This document shows, piece after piece, positions 1 to 8,603 of a stretch of DNA of 64,000 bases; position 1 is the stretch's first letter, and the number at the start of each line of letters is the position of its first letter. This stretch comes from a virus. The notes under the pieces were generated by a model that was given only the letters and a program-made list of their open reading frames with translations, was not told the origin of the DNA and ran no database searches. A program made the translations under genes and the position numbers. The DNA lies in the IMG/VR virus record IMGVR_UViG_3300047166_000016, positions 3,661 to 67,660 of that record; one strand, written 5' to 3'.

Positions 1-325
1 GCCGCCCATGTAACCGGCCGGTGTGTTGATCGTTACCCCCGAATCTGTCGGCGTCATCGTCAGGCTCGTGATGTTCTGAGACAACACAATCTCCAATGGC
101 CACAGCGTGAACGTGGCGAGCTGCGCGTCGGGGTTTGCGCCACGGCCGATGCGGCTGTCGCCAGCCAAAGGATCGCTGCCTTAAACTTCATCGTCATGGT
201 CCCACCGTGATAACATGGTTGCGCCAGAACCGACGCCTGCTCTTGCTTATGTCCGACGATCTGCACGAACGCGCCATTGTTGATGACGTGCGTGCGGTTG
301 CTCTCGCTGTCCACTCCCCGATTAC
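1..325 (-). pseudogene. Deletion-riddled relic of a paralogous tailspike plus partner gene pair
   Basis: About 195-325 encodes GVDSESNRTHVINNGAFVQIVGHKQEQ, matching GFDSESQGYNNNTHVINNGSFVQIVSQKNEQ of 894..3083. ATG at 191 gives signal peptide MKFKAAILWLATAASAVAQ. A shifted frame gives WPLEIVLSQNITSLTMTPTDSGVTINTP, resembling WEIEVVSDVQINSFALTPVGSGTTVVNP of 322..891. Confidence 0.7.
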
Positions 326-891
326 CTCGGACGCCACTGATTGACGGAGCTACCGGAGCCATTTGGTCCCGTGGTCAAAACATACTGCCACTTCATCGGC
401 GTAAACGGAGCGAGAGAGGCCGGTGGATTGACCACAGTTGTCCCACTCCCGACCGGTGTCAGCGCGAAAGAATTTATCTGCACGTCGGACACGACCTCGA
501 TTTCCCATCGGTCGAGAATGGCCGGTAATACGACGGTATAAGAGAGTATCGTGGAGGTTGCGTGCAGATCGATATATTTCGATCCGGTCGGGACCGTGTA
601 GCTGCCCCCGCTCGTCATGGTGACGTAGTTATAGGGCATGAATGCCCGCCAGATGTCGGAGCAGTTGACGCGCTCCCCATACGACCCTGGGGTCAGGTTG
701 TTGGCGTCGATCAGGAATGCCTCGTCCTGCCCGAGCGGGCTGTTGGCGAAATTGCAGTTCATAAAATTGGTGCCGCTGAGTTCGGGCGGTAGCGTGTTCA
801 GCCGTTGCGGTGTCACCGTTTGCGCGCGACTGGCGAGCGGGGTCAGCAAGGCGATCCCAAGGGCCAGAGCCAGAGAAGCACAGAGTTTCAT
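322..891 (-). CDS. Signal-peptide-bearing tail-module protein (189 aa)
   Basis: Start taken as ATG 891, just after the stop of the upstream gene. N-terminus MKLCASLALALGIALLTPLASRA|QTV; beta-rich mature part. Confidence 0.75.
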   Translation of the reverse strand: MKLCASLALALGIALLTPLASRAQTVTPQRLNTLPPELSGTNFMNCNFANSPLGQDEAFLIDANNLTPGSYGERVNCSDIWRAFMPYNYVTMTSGGSYTVPTGSKYIDLHATSTILSYTVVLPAILDRWEIEVVSDVQINSFALTPVGSGTTVVNPPASLAPFTPMKWQYVLTTGPNGSGSSVNQWRPR

Positions 892-893
892 CT

Positions 894-3083
894 TTATGGT
901 CCTACCGCTATGACTGAGTTTAGGTCTCCGGCTGCCACCCCATAGCCTCCACCCAGGTCGATGTATGTCAGCGACGATGGCAAGGCGACGGTCGCTATCG
1001 CACCGTAGATGGTCGGACCCCCAGGCAACAGTGTCGCGGATGGGTTGCTGCCGAAAGGCACAAGCACCGCGCCCGTGAACGTATTCGATGCCGCCGTAGC
1101 CGGGATCGGCGTGCCTCCACGGTTCGCCGGATAATTCGAAGCGAAAACATAATCGAAATAGACTGTCCCGTAGGACAACCCGAACATCGGCAACGAGCCG
1201 ACCCATTGTTGGTTTTGGATTGTGAACCCGCCGAAATTTATCGTCGTGCCGCCCTTGTTGGTCTGGGCGATCTCCGCGCCCTGTTCGTTCTTCTGGCTGA
1301 CGATCTGAACGAAGGAGCCGTTGTTGATAACGTGCGTGTTGTTGTTGTATCCTTGGCTCTCGGAGTCGAAGCCCCACATATAGACGGTCTGTCCGTTGGC
1401 GATGACCACGCCATTGCAGATATCGATTGCATAGACGGGCGGACTACCGGCCGTCCCGGTCGCGACGATATCGGTGCCCCAGGTATCGATGCTCATGTCG
1501 CGAAGCAGCAGCGAGTTACCGTTGGTGCAGAAGTACGGGATACCAGTCTTGGTCGCACCAAGGCCAGGAACCTGGAAGTCCTCGACTACCAGCAGCGAAG
1601 TTCGATTGGCGATGCTGAAGAAGCACGACGGGGACGTGAACGAGACGTCCGGTAGGACGTTGGCCCCGAACCCGATGATGCGATTGACACACGCTGGAAT
1701 GGTGAGCGTTGTCGGGACATCGTAGGAGACGTCGTTACCGGCGTTGGTCCAGTAGACCGTGGTTCCTGTCCCTGGCGATCCGACGCACGTATTGAGCGTC
1801 GTCTGCATTTGCGCCCCGGTGTAGGTGGCCCCGGTCGTCACCCATTGGCCTATCGGATCGTCGGGCGGAACTGTCTCGCGGACGTTCTGGATCGGGACGG
1901 GGGTGCAGGACTGGTTGACCGTCGTGGTGCCGGTCGGCGATGTCTGAACAATCGTGCACCCAATCTGACTGGCCCCCAACGAGACAGATCCGAAAACACC
2001 GTTCGTTGTCGTCTCAACGGATTGGGTCGATGCCGGGAAATTCGCGCCGATTGTTCCATGATTTAAGTGGACGTTCCCGCCGTAGCAGCCTCCATGCCCG
2101 GAGTTTAAGGCCGCGCAAGTAGCCATAGGCTGGTTGTAAATCGAATTGATGAAGATGGCCGGACTATTCGTTGGATCTGGCGAAACAATGCTAAAATTGT
2201 TGATAACGACAGAGGCGGACTCGTTTATGCAAACGGTCGGCACGGAGTTGACAGAGTATAAGCCGTCCACCACGAATGGGTATCCAGCGGGAGGCCCCTG
2301 GGGCAGCAGCCCGCATCCAGTTTGGCCGACAAGTGTCAAATCTCGAAAAGTCGTTGTATATTGATTGAACGTCATGCAGACGCCAGTGCCGAACCCGACG
2401 ATCCGCACGTTGTCGTAGGTAGTCGGCCCCTGATAGGATGGGGTCAAATCGAGACCGCATCCGGTGCCGCAGTTTCCTGGGCATATGAGATCGATGTTGC
2501 TCCCTCCGCCGTAGTTATTTGTTAGCATCTGCGCGGCTGTCGCGCCTGGGTTATTATAGCCCGTGTTAATCGTTAAATCGCGAATGGCCGTGGTAAACGC
2601 CTGAGCGTCGCCGCCGCATTTTACTTCTGTTAGTATGCACGAAGAGAAAACCGGACGCGGAGCATAGTAGGCATTCTGGAACAGCGGATTGCTGTCGGTT
2701 AGCTTTATTTGAGTGACTCCGCGCCCCATTCCCCGGACCACGAACCGTTTCGATAAGTTCTCGTTTCCGCCGGGGGTGATCGTGTTGGAAACCAGGCAGA
2801 CGCCCACGGGAAGAAACACTTCTGCCCAGGCAGATCGGGGGCTGTTAGCCGCCGCGGCCAGGACATTGTTTAGTGCTGCCGTATCGTCGGTCGCGCCGTC
2901 GCACTTCGCACCGTAAGCGGGGTCGGTGGCACAGAAAGCCGCCGCGCCGATTTGCGGGCACGTCGGATAAACAAGCGGCGTCGGCGTAAATACGGTCTGC
3001 GCGTGCGCTCTGGGCGACAGGCATGCCAGAACGACAATCGTTGACAAGGCAAAGAGAAGCGGAAACAGGAAGCGATTTTTCAC
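894..3083 (-). CDS. Pectate_lyase_3/GH55-like beta-helix tailspike or depolymerase with signal peptide (729 aa)
   Basis: YGAKCDGATDDTAAL, VFLPVGVCLVSNTI and VRGMGRGVTQIKL motifs. GTG 3083 overlaps the upstream TGA (GTGA). Leader MKNRFLFPLLFALSTIVVLACLSPRAHA|Q. Confidence 0.8.
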   Translation of the reverse strand: MKNRFLFPLLFALSTIVVLACLSPRAHAQTVFTPTPLVYPTCPQIGAAAFCATDPAYGAKCDGATDDTAALNNVLAAAANSPRSAWAEVFLPVGVCLVSNTITPGGNENLSKRFVVRGMGRGVTQIKLTDSNPLFQNAYYAPRPVFSSCILTEVKCGGDAQAFTTAIRDLTINTGYNNPGATAAQMLTNNYGGGSNIDLICPGNCGTGCGLDLTPSYQGPTTYDNVRIVGFGTGVCMTFNQYTTTFRDLTLVGQTGCGLLPQGPPAGYPFVVDGLYSVNSVPTVCINESASVVINNFSIVSPDPTNSPAIFINSIYNQPMATCAALNSGHGGCYGGNVHLNHGTIGANFPASTQSVETTTNGVFGSVSLGASQIGCTIVQTSPTGTTTVNQSCTPVPIQNVRETVPPDDPIGQWVTTGATYTGAQMQTTLNTCVGSPGTGTTVYWTNAGNDVSYDVPTTLTIPACVNRIIGFGANVLPDVSFTSPSCFFSIANRTSLLVVEDFQVPGLGATKTGIPYFCTNGNSLLLRDMSIDTWGTDIVATGTAGSPPVYAIDICNGVVIANGQTVYMWGFDSESQGYNNNTHVINNGSFVQIVSQKNEQGAEIAQTNKGGTTINFGGFTIQNQQWVGSLPMFGLSYGTVYFDYVFASNYPANRGGTPIPATAASNTFTGAVLVPFGSNPSATLLPGGPTIYGAIATVALPSSLTYIDLGGGYGVAAGDLNSVIAVGP

Positions 3084-3283
3084 TGAAAATCTTCCGTCAT
3101 GCTGGCCCAAGGTGTGGGAGACGTGTTCTTCCATGAGCCGACCAACTTCAGTTTGGGGTATTTTCGGTGGAGCGGTTCTTCGAGATAAACCGGCGCATTC
3201 GCATCCCCCGCGTTCCACACTGGATCTATAACAGGTCGAGCATCTGCGCTCAGCCAAAACAGGGTCAGCAAAAGGAGGCTCAC
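3080..3283 (-). CDS. Small protein with hydrophobic, signal-like N-terminus
   Basis: GTGA overlaps with both neighbours; MSLLLLTLFWLSADA|R. Confidence 0.6.
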   Translation of the reverse strand: MSLLLLTLFWLSADARPVIDPVWNAGDANAPVYLEEPLHRKYPKLKLVGSWKNTSPTPWASMTEDFQ

Positions 3284-5286
3284 GAGAAGGATTCCGTTAT
3301 CGTCATTTCACCGTTTCCGCCGTTTCCGCCGTTCCCGCAAGTGGAGCCGTTCCGGCAGGCTCCGCCACCGCCGCCGCCACCACCGGCATTCGCGCCGTTA
3401 CCGCCGTTTCCGCCCGCACCAGATGGATTTCCATAACCGCCGCCACCCCCGTTGCCTGGGAAGGAGGCCAACACGGTCGTTCCGTTTTGACCATTCGGCG
3501 ATGAGGACGTGCCGCCCGTCGCGGGTGTTTGGGTGGTGGGACCGCGAGCGCCGCCACCAGGACCGCCGTTGCTACCGGCGTTGAGAGACGTGATGCCGCC
3601 ACCGGCTCCGCCGCCGGACGATCCGAACCACGATACCCCGCCTGTCGAACCGATCCCGCCGTTCGTCGGCGAACCACCGGCACCGCTGCCGCACCAAACC
3701 TGACCGCCAGCGCCACCAGCGGCACCCGTGCTTCCGCCCGATCCGCTGCACGGAGATCCAGCGGCACCGCCGCCCGTTCCCGATGCGTTTCCGCCAGCCG
3801 ACGTACTACCGCCCGCTCCGCCCGCCGATGCGGTGCCGCTCGGATTTCCTGGCGATCCAAACCCGCCTGCTCCGAAAACAGCGAGAGAGCCGAACACGGT
3901 ATTCAGACCGGCGACGCCTGGGCTCCCGGCCGTGTTGTTCGCGACAGCCCCCAATCCGCCCAGTCCGGTCGCGCTGGTGCCCATCGTGATCGCGACGCTA
4001 CCGCCGACCGCGGCAATATCGGCGGCGGTGTATTGGAGGCCCTGATAATTCGCGAAAGCTCCGCCGCCACCCCCGCCGCCTGTCGCCGCGACGCCTGCCG
4101 CGGATTCCCCGCCGCCCGCGCCCCCGCCACCTTGCCCGGCCCCCTGAACCAAGATGCGCACCATGCCAGCGGAGGGCGTGTAGGTGCAGTTGCTGGTGGA
4201 AGCCGTGCACACGACCTGGGTGCAAACCCCAAGCCCGCCCTGGCATGCCACATCGATGCACGACCCGCTGGTTCCGGTGCCGCACGTGACCTGGGTCAGC
4301 GTAATGATATTGATCGGCGTGATGCCGGTCGGGGTGGACCAGTGGCACGTGCTGTCGAGATAAGTGTGCGGCGAAGGCGAAGTGCCGCTGCACATTTGTC
4401 CGACCTGGACATAACCGGAGATCGAAGCGAAGTTAGTGACGGTCGCGAAAGAGTCCTGATAAATGCCGACCCCTTCGGACCAGAATATACCGCTTTGGCC
4501 CTGTCCGGCGACGGGCGGCGACATCTGCCCGGCCGTCGTCGGAGAGACGGTGTAAGGACCGGTCGTATTATTGACGATATCCCATCGTCCACCCGCTAAG
4601 CCCGCGGGAAAAAACAGCGTCGCGTTGCCGCTCAATGTGCCGGTTAAGACGATGGTCTGGTTTTCGTATTGCGCCAGAGTGAGTGTATTCGTTCCGGCCA
4701 CGACGGGCACGGTGACATAACCATACCCGAGAAATTTAGCGAATTTAGGATTATTCAGACCGATGGAAACGCCATCCATCCGCCCTCCCGTGAGCCATAA
4801 ATAATTCGGACTTTGGAATGCCATCCCTCCCAGACCGGCGATCTGTTTCGCTTTATAGTCCGCGTATTGTCCGACGACGTTACCCATACGCCCGAACACG
4901 GACGGCACATTCCCGGACCCGCCGCCGCCACCGGTCGAGTTGATCGTTATCCCGCCTGGGGAATTGTTAATCGTAACGTTCGTGCCCGCTGTCAGCGTTC
5001 CGAGCGTAAAACCGGACCCATTGCCGATAAGCAACTGACCGCTCGCCCCGCCCAGCCATGACGTCGCCGATCCGGTTCCCGTCGCGGCCGGGAGTTGAAG
5101 CGATGCGCCGGGCGCGTATGTCGGAGGCGTGAAAACCGATGCCCCCGATTGATTGAGGATCGACCCTCCGAGCAGGAGATTGTTGACGGGCGCGGATGGG
5201 CAGGCGGTAAGGATCGAGGGGCAGTTCTGCGCGGAGGCTGTCGCGGCCCATAGGACCGCGAACAGAATTAACCCGAGGATACGCAC
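3280..5286 (-). CDS. Gly-rich tail-fibre-like protein with signal peptide (668 aa)
   Basis: Leader MRILGLILFAVLWAATASA|QNC; fibre motif VPSVFGRMGNVVGQYADY; C-terminal Gly-rich domain ending GGNGEMTITE; 14 Cys. Confidence 0.8.
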   Translation of the reverse strand: MRILGLILFAVLWAATASAQNCPSILTACPSAPVNNLLLGGSILNQSGASVFTPPTYAPGASLQLPAATGTGSATSWLGGASGQLLIGNGSGFTLGTLTAGTNVTINNSPGGITINSTGGGGGSGNVPSVFGRMGNVVGQYADYKAKQIAGLGGMAFQSPNYLWLTGGRMDGVSIGLNNPKFAKFLGYGYVTVPVVAGTNTLTLAQYENQTIVLTGTLSGNATLFFPAGLAGGRWDIVNNTTGPYTVSPTTAGQMSPPVAGQGQSGIFWSEGVGIYQDSFATVTNFASISGYVQVGQMCSGTSPSPHTYLDSTCHWSTPTGITPINIITLTQVTCGTGTSGSCIDVACQGGLGVCTQVVCTASTSNCTYTPSAGMVRILVQGAGQGGGGAGGGESAAGVAATGGGGGGGAFANYQGLQYTAADIAAVGGSVAITMGTSATGLGGLGAVANNTAGSPGVAGLNTVFGSLAVFGAGGFGSPGNPSGTASAGGAGGSTSAGGNASGTGGGAAGSPCSGSGGSTGAAGGAGGQVWCGSGAGGSPTNGGIGSTGGVSWFGSSGGGAGGGITSLNAGSNGGPGGGARGPTTQTPATGGTSSSPNGQNGTTVLASFPGNGGGGGYGNPSGAGGNGGNGANAGGGGGGGGACRNGSTCGNGGNGGNGEMTITESFS

Positions 5287-6257
5287 AGAATATTCCCGTT
5301 ATTCCAGATTTGGTTCGGCGTGTGAGGATCGGATTGCGGCAACCCGATGCCGCCGAGCGCGAGCAACGCGCCGGACGTTATCCCGCCGAAATAGACCGCC
5401 GCCGCCGGAACGTAGGTAAAGCCCGGATTGACATAGATAAACGACGGCCCGACCGTTGGCGCGAACAACGTGCCGGCCGTGCCGCCGCCCGCCGTGGGCC
5501 AGCCGGTCGTAACCGGAAGCGCCAGGAAGCCGCCATAGTTTTCCAGGCCGGTCGAAGTCGGACCCGCCGATATGTAAACGACGGCGCCATTCAGCCAGAG
5601 TTGATTGACGACCTGCGGATCGTAAAGCGGAAAATTCCCCGCGCCGATCAAGAGCAATTCGTTTGCCGAGATCGAGCCGAAAAACACGCCGGGAAGAAAC
5701 GGGTTCGGCACCGCGCCCGCCACCGCCGAAACGGTATAGCCGTTGGCCCACACATTGCCCGGCTGCAACCCCGTCGCCGCCTTGGGCCAGCCGTAGGGGT
5801 TCGTCAAGGATAGTATGGGGCCATTGGCGAACAGATTGGTCGGAGCGGTCCAGACCAGCGCCGCGCCGTATCCGGGATTTGCCGGAACCGGAACGGGATA
5901 GCCGCACAGACCTGGCGCGATGCCCTGATAGATAACCCACTCGATTGTCTCGCCGTCCTGTAGCGCGGCGATAAACAAAATCGAGTAAATGCGAGTGGAC
6001 TGTCCACCAGATACTTCCAGCGTCAATGTATTAGCGAACAGATCGACGGTCAGCGTGTTCAGCGTCAGTTCGCCCGACCCGGACGGCGCGACCTCCGCGC
6101 TGAGCGTGGCGATATTCGCCGCCTGTAGCGCGGTCAAAACCGTTAACAGGCTGAAGGTCTGATTAACCTCTGTCGCCGCCGCCTTAAACGGAAACCAGTT
6201 CTGAGCGATCGGCGATGGCGCGAACGCCGGCGGAACGCAGCACAGCGAAGCGGACAT
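5268..6257 (-). CDS. Putative fibre-tail adaptor with two C-terminal repeats
   Basis: GGAGG RBS. N-domain resembles fibre adaptors (WFPFK...VSGG...Y). Two repeats ending LP..DP....Q(L/I)W.NG. Confidence 0.55.
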   Translation of the reverse strand: MSASLCCVPPAFAPSPIAQNWFPFKAAATEVNQTFSLLTVLTALQAANIATLSAEVAPSGSGELTLNTLTVDLFANTLTLEVSGGQSTRIYSILFIAALQDGETIEWVIYQGIAPGLCGYPVPVPANPGYGAALVWTAPTNLFANGPILSLTNPYGWPKAATGLQPGNVWANGYTVSAVAGAVPNPFLPGVFFGSISANELLLIGAGNFPLYDPQVVNQLWLNGAVVYISAGPTSTGLENYGGFLALPVTTGWPTAGGGTAGTLFAPTVGPSFIYVNPGFTYVPAAAVYFGGITSGALLALGGIGLPQSDPHTPNQIWNNGNILCVSSG

Positions 6258-6330
6258 GCGAACCTCCTACCACCAGGTCATTTTGTCTCGCGGCGACGAG
6301 TCCGTCATCGACGCGCGCCGGTCCATTACC

Positions 6331-7254
6331 TCACCATCTCACGATCACGAGGCCGGGATTGCCAGCGCCGCCGGTAAAGAACAATCCGGCGGCGGCACCC
6401 GTTCCGCCGCCTCCAGCTCCGGGACCGCATCCGACTGGCCCCGTAGCACCTTGACCCGTGGAAAATCCGCCGGGTGAGCAAAAAGCATGGCCTCCCGATC
6501 CGCCGCTCAGGCCAACCCCCCCGGCCTGCGTTACAGACCCCCCGCCCCCGGTGCCAGGCTGGTTGTTATAGCCTCCGGTTCCAATTCCATAAGAGCCGCC
6601 GCCCGCAGTGCCGGAGTTGTTGCCGAATGCGCCCCCACCGCCCCCGGTCGCGCTACAGAACGACCCAAACGATGAACTTGTCCCGGCGCTTCCGGCGACG
6701 GCACCAATGCCGCCGGCGCCGCCCGAGCCAACGGTAATGGCGATCGTTGCGCCCGGCGAGACAGTGAAAACCCCGCGGGTGTAACCCGCGCCCCCGCCAC
6801 CGGCGCTGCCTCCATTATTGGCCGCCCCGCCCGCGCCGCCACCACCGCCCCAGACTTCGACATCGGCGCGGATGACACCAAGCGGGACTGTCCAAGTGCC
6901 GGAAGAGGCGAAAACCATTACGCCGAGGTAGTTGGATAGCGATAAAAGACTCGCCATCGTTCCGGCGGTGTTAAGGTTTTGGACCAGATCGCCCGCGTTC
7001 CAAGCCAACGCCGTCGTGCCTTCCTGCGCGCGAACGATGGTGAAAGTATCGGTGGACCGTGCCGTGCAATAAACGATCTCGCGTATCAGAATATTCGTCG
7101 CGGAAATCAGCGTGACCGCGAATTGCTGCCCCGCCGCCGGGCTTGGAAACAACGCGCCCTGCCCAGGACTGACCGCAAGCGTCGTCGCGCCGCTCGATAT
7201 GCCGCCCGCGAGCGTTGAACCGGCGTTGTTCGCGAAAAGGAACTGGCTGCTCAT
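6331..7254 (-). CDS. Baseplate-attached tail fibre protein
   Basis: FANNAGSTLA...EIVYCTARSTDTFTIVRAQEGTTA N-domain typical of Bcep781-like fibres; Gly-rich C-domain; no signal peptide. Confidence 0.8.
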   Translation of the reverse strand: MSSQFLFANNAGSTLAGGISSGATTLAVSPGQGALFPSPAAGQQFAVTLISATNILIREIVYCTARSTDTFTIVRAQEGTTALAWNAGDLVQNLNTAGTMASLLSLSNYLGVMVFASSGTWTVPLGVIRADVEVWGGGGGAGGAANNGGSAGGGGAGYTRGVFTVSPGATIAITVGSGGAGGIGAVAGSAGTSSSFGSFCSATGGGGGAFGNNSGTAGGGSYGIGTGGYNNQPGTGGGGSVTQAGGVGLSGGSGGHAFCSPGGFSTGQGATGPVGCGPGAGGGGTGAAAGLFFTGGAGNPGLVIVRW

Positions 7255-7652
7255 TACTGAATGACCCAGACGTTGTAGACCACGCCGACCGGCGTCGTGG
7301 CGACAATGGCCCCCACGTTAACCGTCACCGTGCCCGTCGATGACACGTATCCCCAGATCGAGAGAGCATGACTGGCATCGACCTGCGGATTTGTCGCCGG
7401 CGAGACGACAACCGCCATGCCTGTCGTCGCTCCGGCCACCGCCACGGTGCCGCTGGCCGATGCCCCGGCGGCCAGCGCGCCGCCGCCTATCGTTCCGGTT
7501 GTCCCGATCAATTCGACCGCCACGGTGCCGGTCTGGGCGGGCAGCGTGACGGTATGCGTGCCGACCGTCGCGATGGCTTGCACCGTGATGGTGCCGCTGG
7601 TCGATCCGAGGAAGAGTCCTTGATTGAGCGACGGTGTAATAGTGCCAGACAT
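7254..7652 (-). CDS. Small tail or fibre-associated structural protein
   Basis: Thr/Gly/Val beta-rich; coupled to its neighbours in the tail operon. Confidence 0.6.
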   Translation of the reverse strand: MSGTITPSLNQGLFLGSTSGTITVQAIATVGTHTVTLPAQTGTVAVELIGTTGTIGGGALAAGASASGTVAVAGATTGMAVVVSPATNPQVDASHALSIWGYVSSTGTVTVNVGAIVATTPVGVVYNVWVIQ

Positions 7653-8603
7653 TCACGCTATCCCTACCACGCCGCCGTTGTTCCAAAGTTGCCCGCTGCC
7701 CGCCGCCGGAGCCGTCAAAGGCAGGTTCCCGCCGCCCAACATGAGCAACGATCCCGACGTGACCAGTCCGAAATAAAGCGGTGCGGCGAACGGGTTAGGC
7801 GTAACGCCTGGAACCACCGTCACAATCCCGCCGTTATCCCATACCGCGCCCGCGACAAGCCCGGACGGCGAGGTGGGCCAACCCGTCGCGAGCGTGAGAT
7901 TGAGCCACCCGCCGTCGTTCAGGAAATTGGTGGGTCCGATATTGTTGACAATCGCGACCGAAAACGAAAACTGAAACGGCAATGGGATAATCGCCGATTG
8001 CACCGCCGCCTGGAATATCTGCGCGTTCTGTAGCGTGATCGACCCAGAGGACGTGAGCGTGATCGTTATCGTGACGGCGTAGTTATTCCCGAATGCGACG
8101 CCAATTTGATAGGTGTTATCGATGTTCGGCGCGGTGCCGTTCGTGCCGATCAGAAACCGGACGATGCGGCGCTTCAGCCACTGAATGGTAAACTGCTGCC
8201 CATCGCCCTTGAAAAACGACCACGTTATGACCCTGCGAAAGATATCGTCCGTTACGATATATGAATTGATCGCGCCCGATATCTGGATCGCGTTGTATTC
8301 GAGCGTGTTAAATTCGATCGTATCGAACAGACCGAAGGCGACAATCGTCCCGTCTGGGATAGAGGGGCGACCGATCCCGTATAGCCCTTCCGCGACCCAA
8401 TCGAGCAACGGTCCCGACACGTTCGAGTTGGTGTAGTCGCCGAGCGGTGTCGCGTTGAACCAGTTCAGGTAATTCTGCGAGACCTGATTATACGCGGTAA
8501 AAAAAGCCGCGATGTTATCGTCATCGTTGTATTGTTGATAGGGATACGAAGGAACAATCATCCGCGTCGATGTTGTCGAAGATGGAGGCCACGTGCCGCT
8601 CAT
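7653..8603 (-). CDS. Baseplate wedge protein (DUF2612-like) with C-terminal extension
   Basis: YQQYNDDDNIAAFF, LLDWVAEGLYG and DDIFRRVITW motifs; follows baseplate J. Confidence 0.75.
   Translation of the reverse strand: MSGTWPPSSTTSTRMIVPSYPYQQYNDDDNIAAFFTAYNQVSQNYLNWFNATPLGDYTNSNVSGPLLDWVAEGLYGIGRPSIPDGTIVAFGLFDTIEFNTLEYNAIQISGAINSYIVTDDIFRRVITWSFFKGDGQQFTIQWLKRRIVRFLIGTNGTAPNIDNTYQIGVAFGNNYAVTITITLTSSGSITLQNAQIFQAAVQSAIIPLPFQFSFSVAIVNNIGPTNFLNDGGWLNLTLATGWPTSPSGLVAGAVWDNGGIVTVVPGVTPNPFAAPLYFGLVTSGSLLMLGGGNLPLTAPAAGSGQLWNNGGVVGIA

Noticed and set aside
195-1380. DGR template/variable repeat pair
   Set aside because: Differences are not restricted to adenines, include indels and synonymous changes, and no reverse transcriptase is visible.
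3084-3257. N-terminal 58-aa extension of the tailspike shown in the ORF track
   Set aside because: It overlaps the 3080..3283 gene; the GTGA-coupled start at 3083 gives a clean signal peptide.
3300-4150. Nucleotide tandem repeats in the fibre gene
   Set aside because: Explained by Gly/Ala codon runs of the Gly-rich domain.
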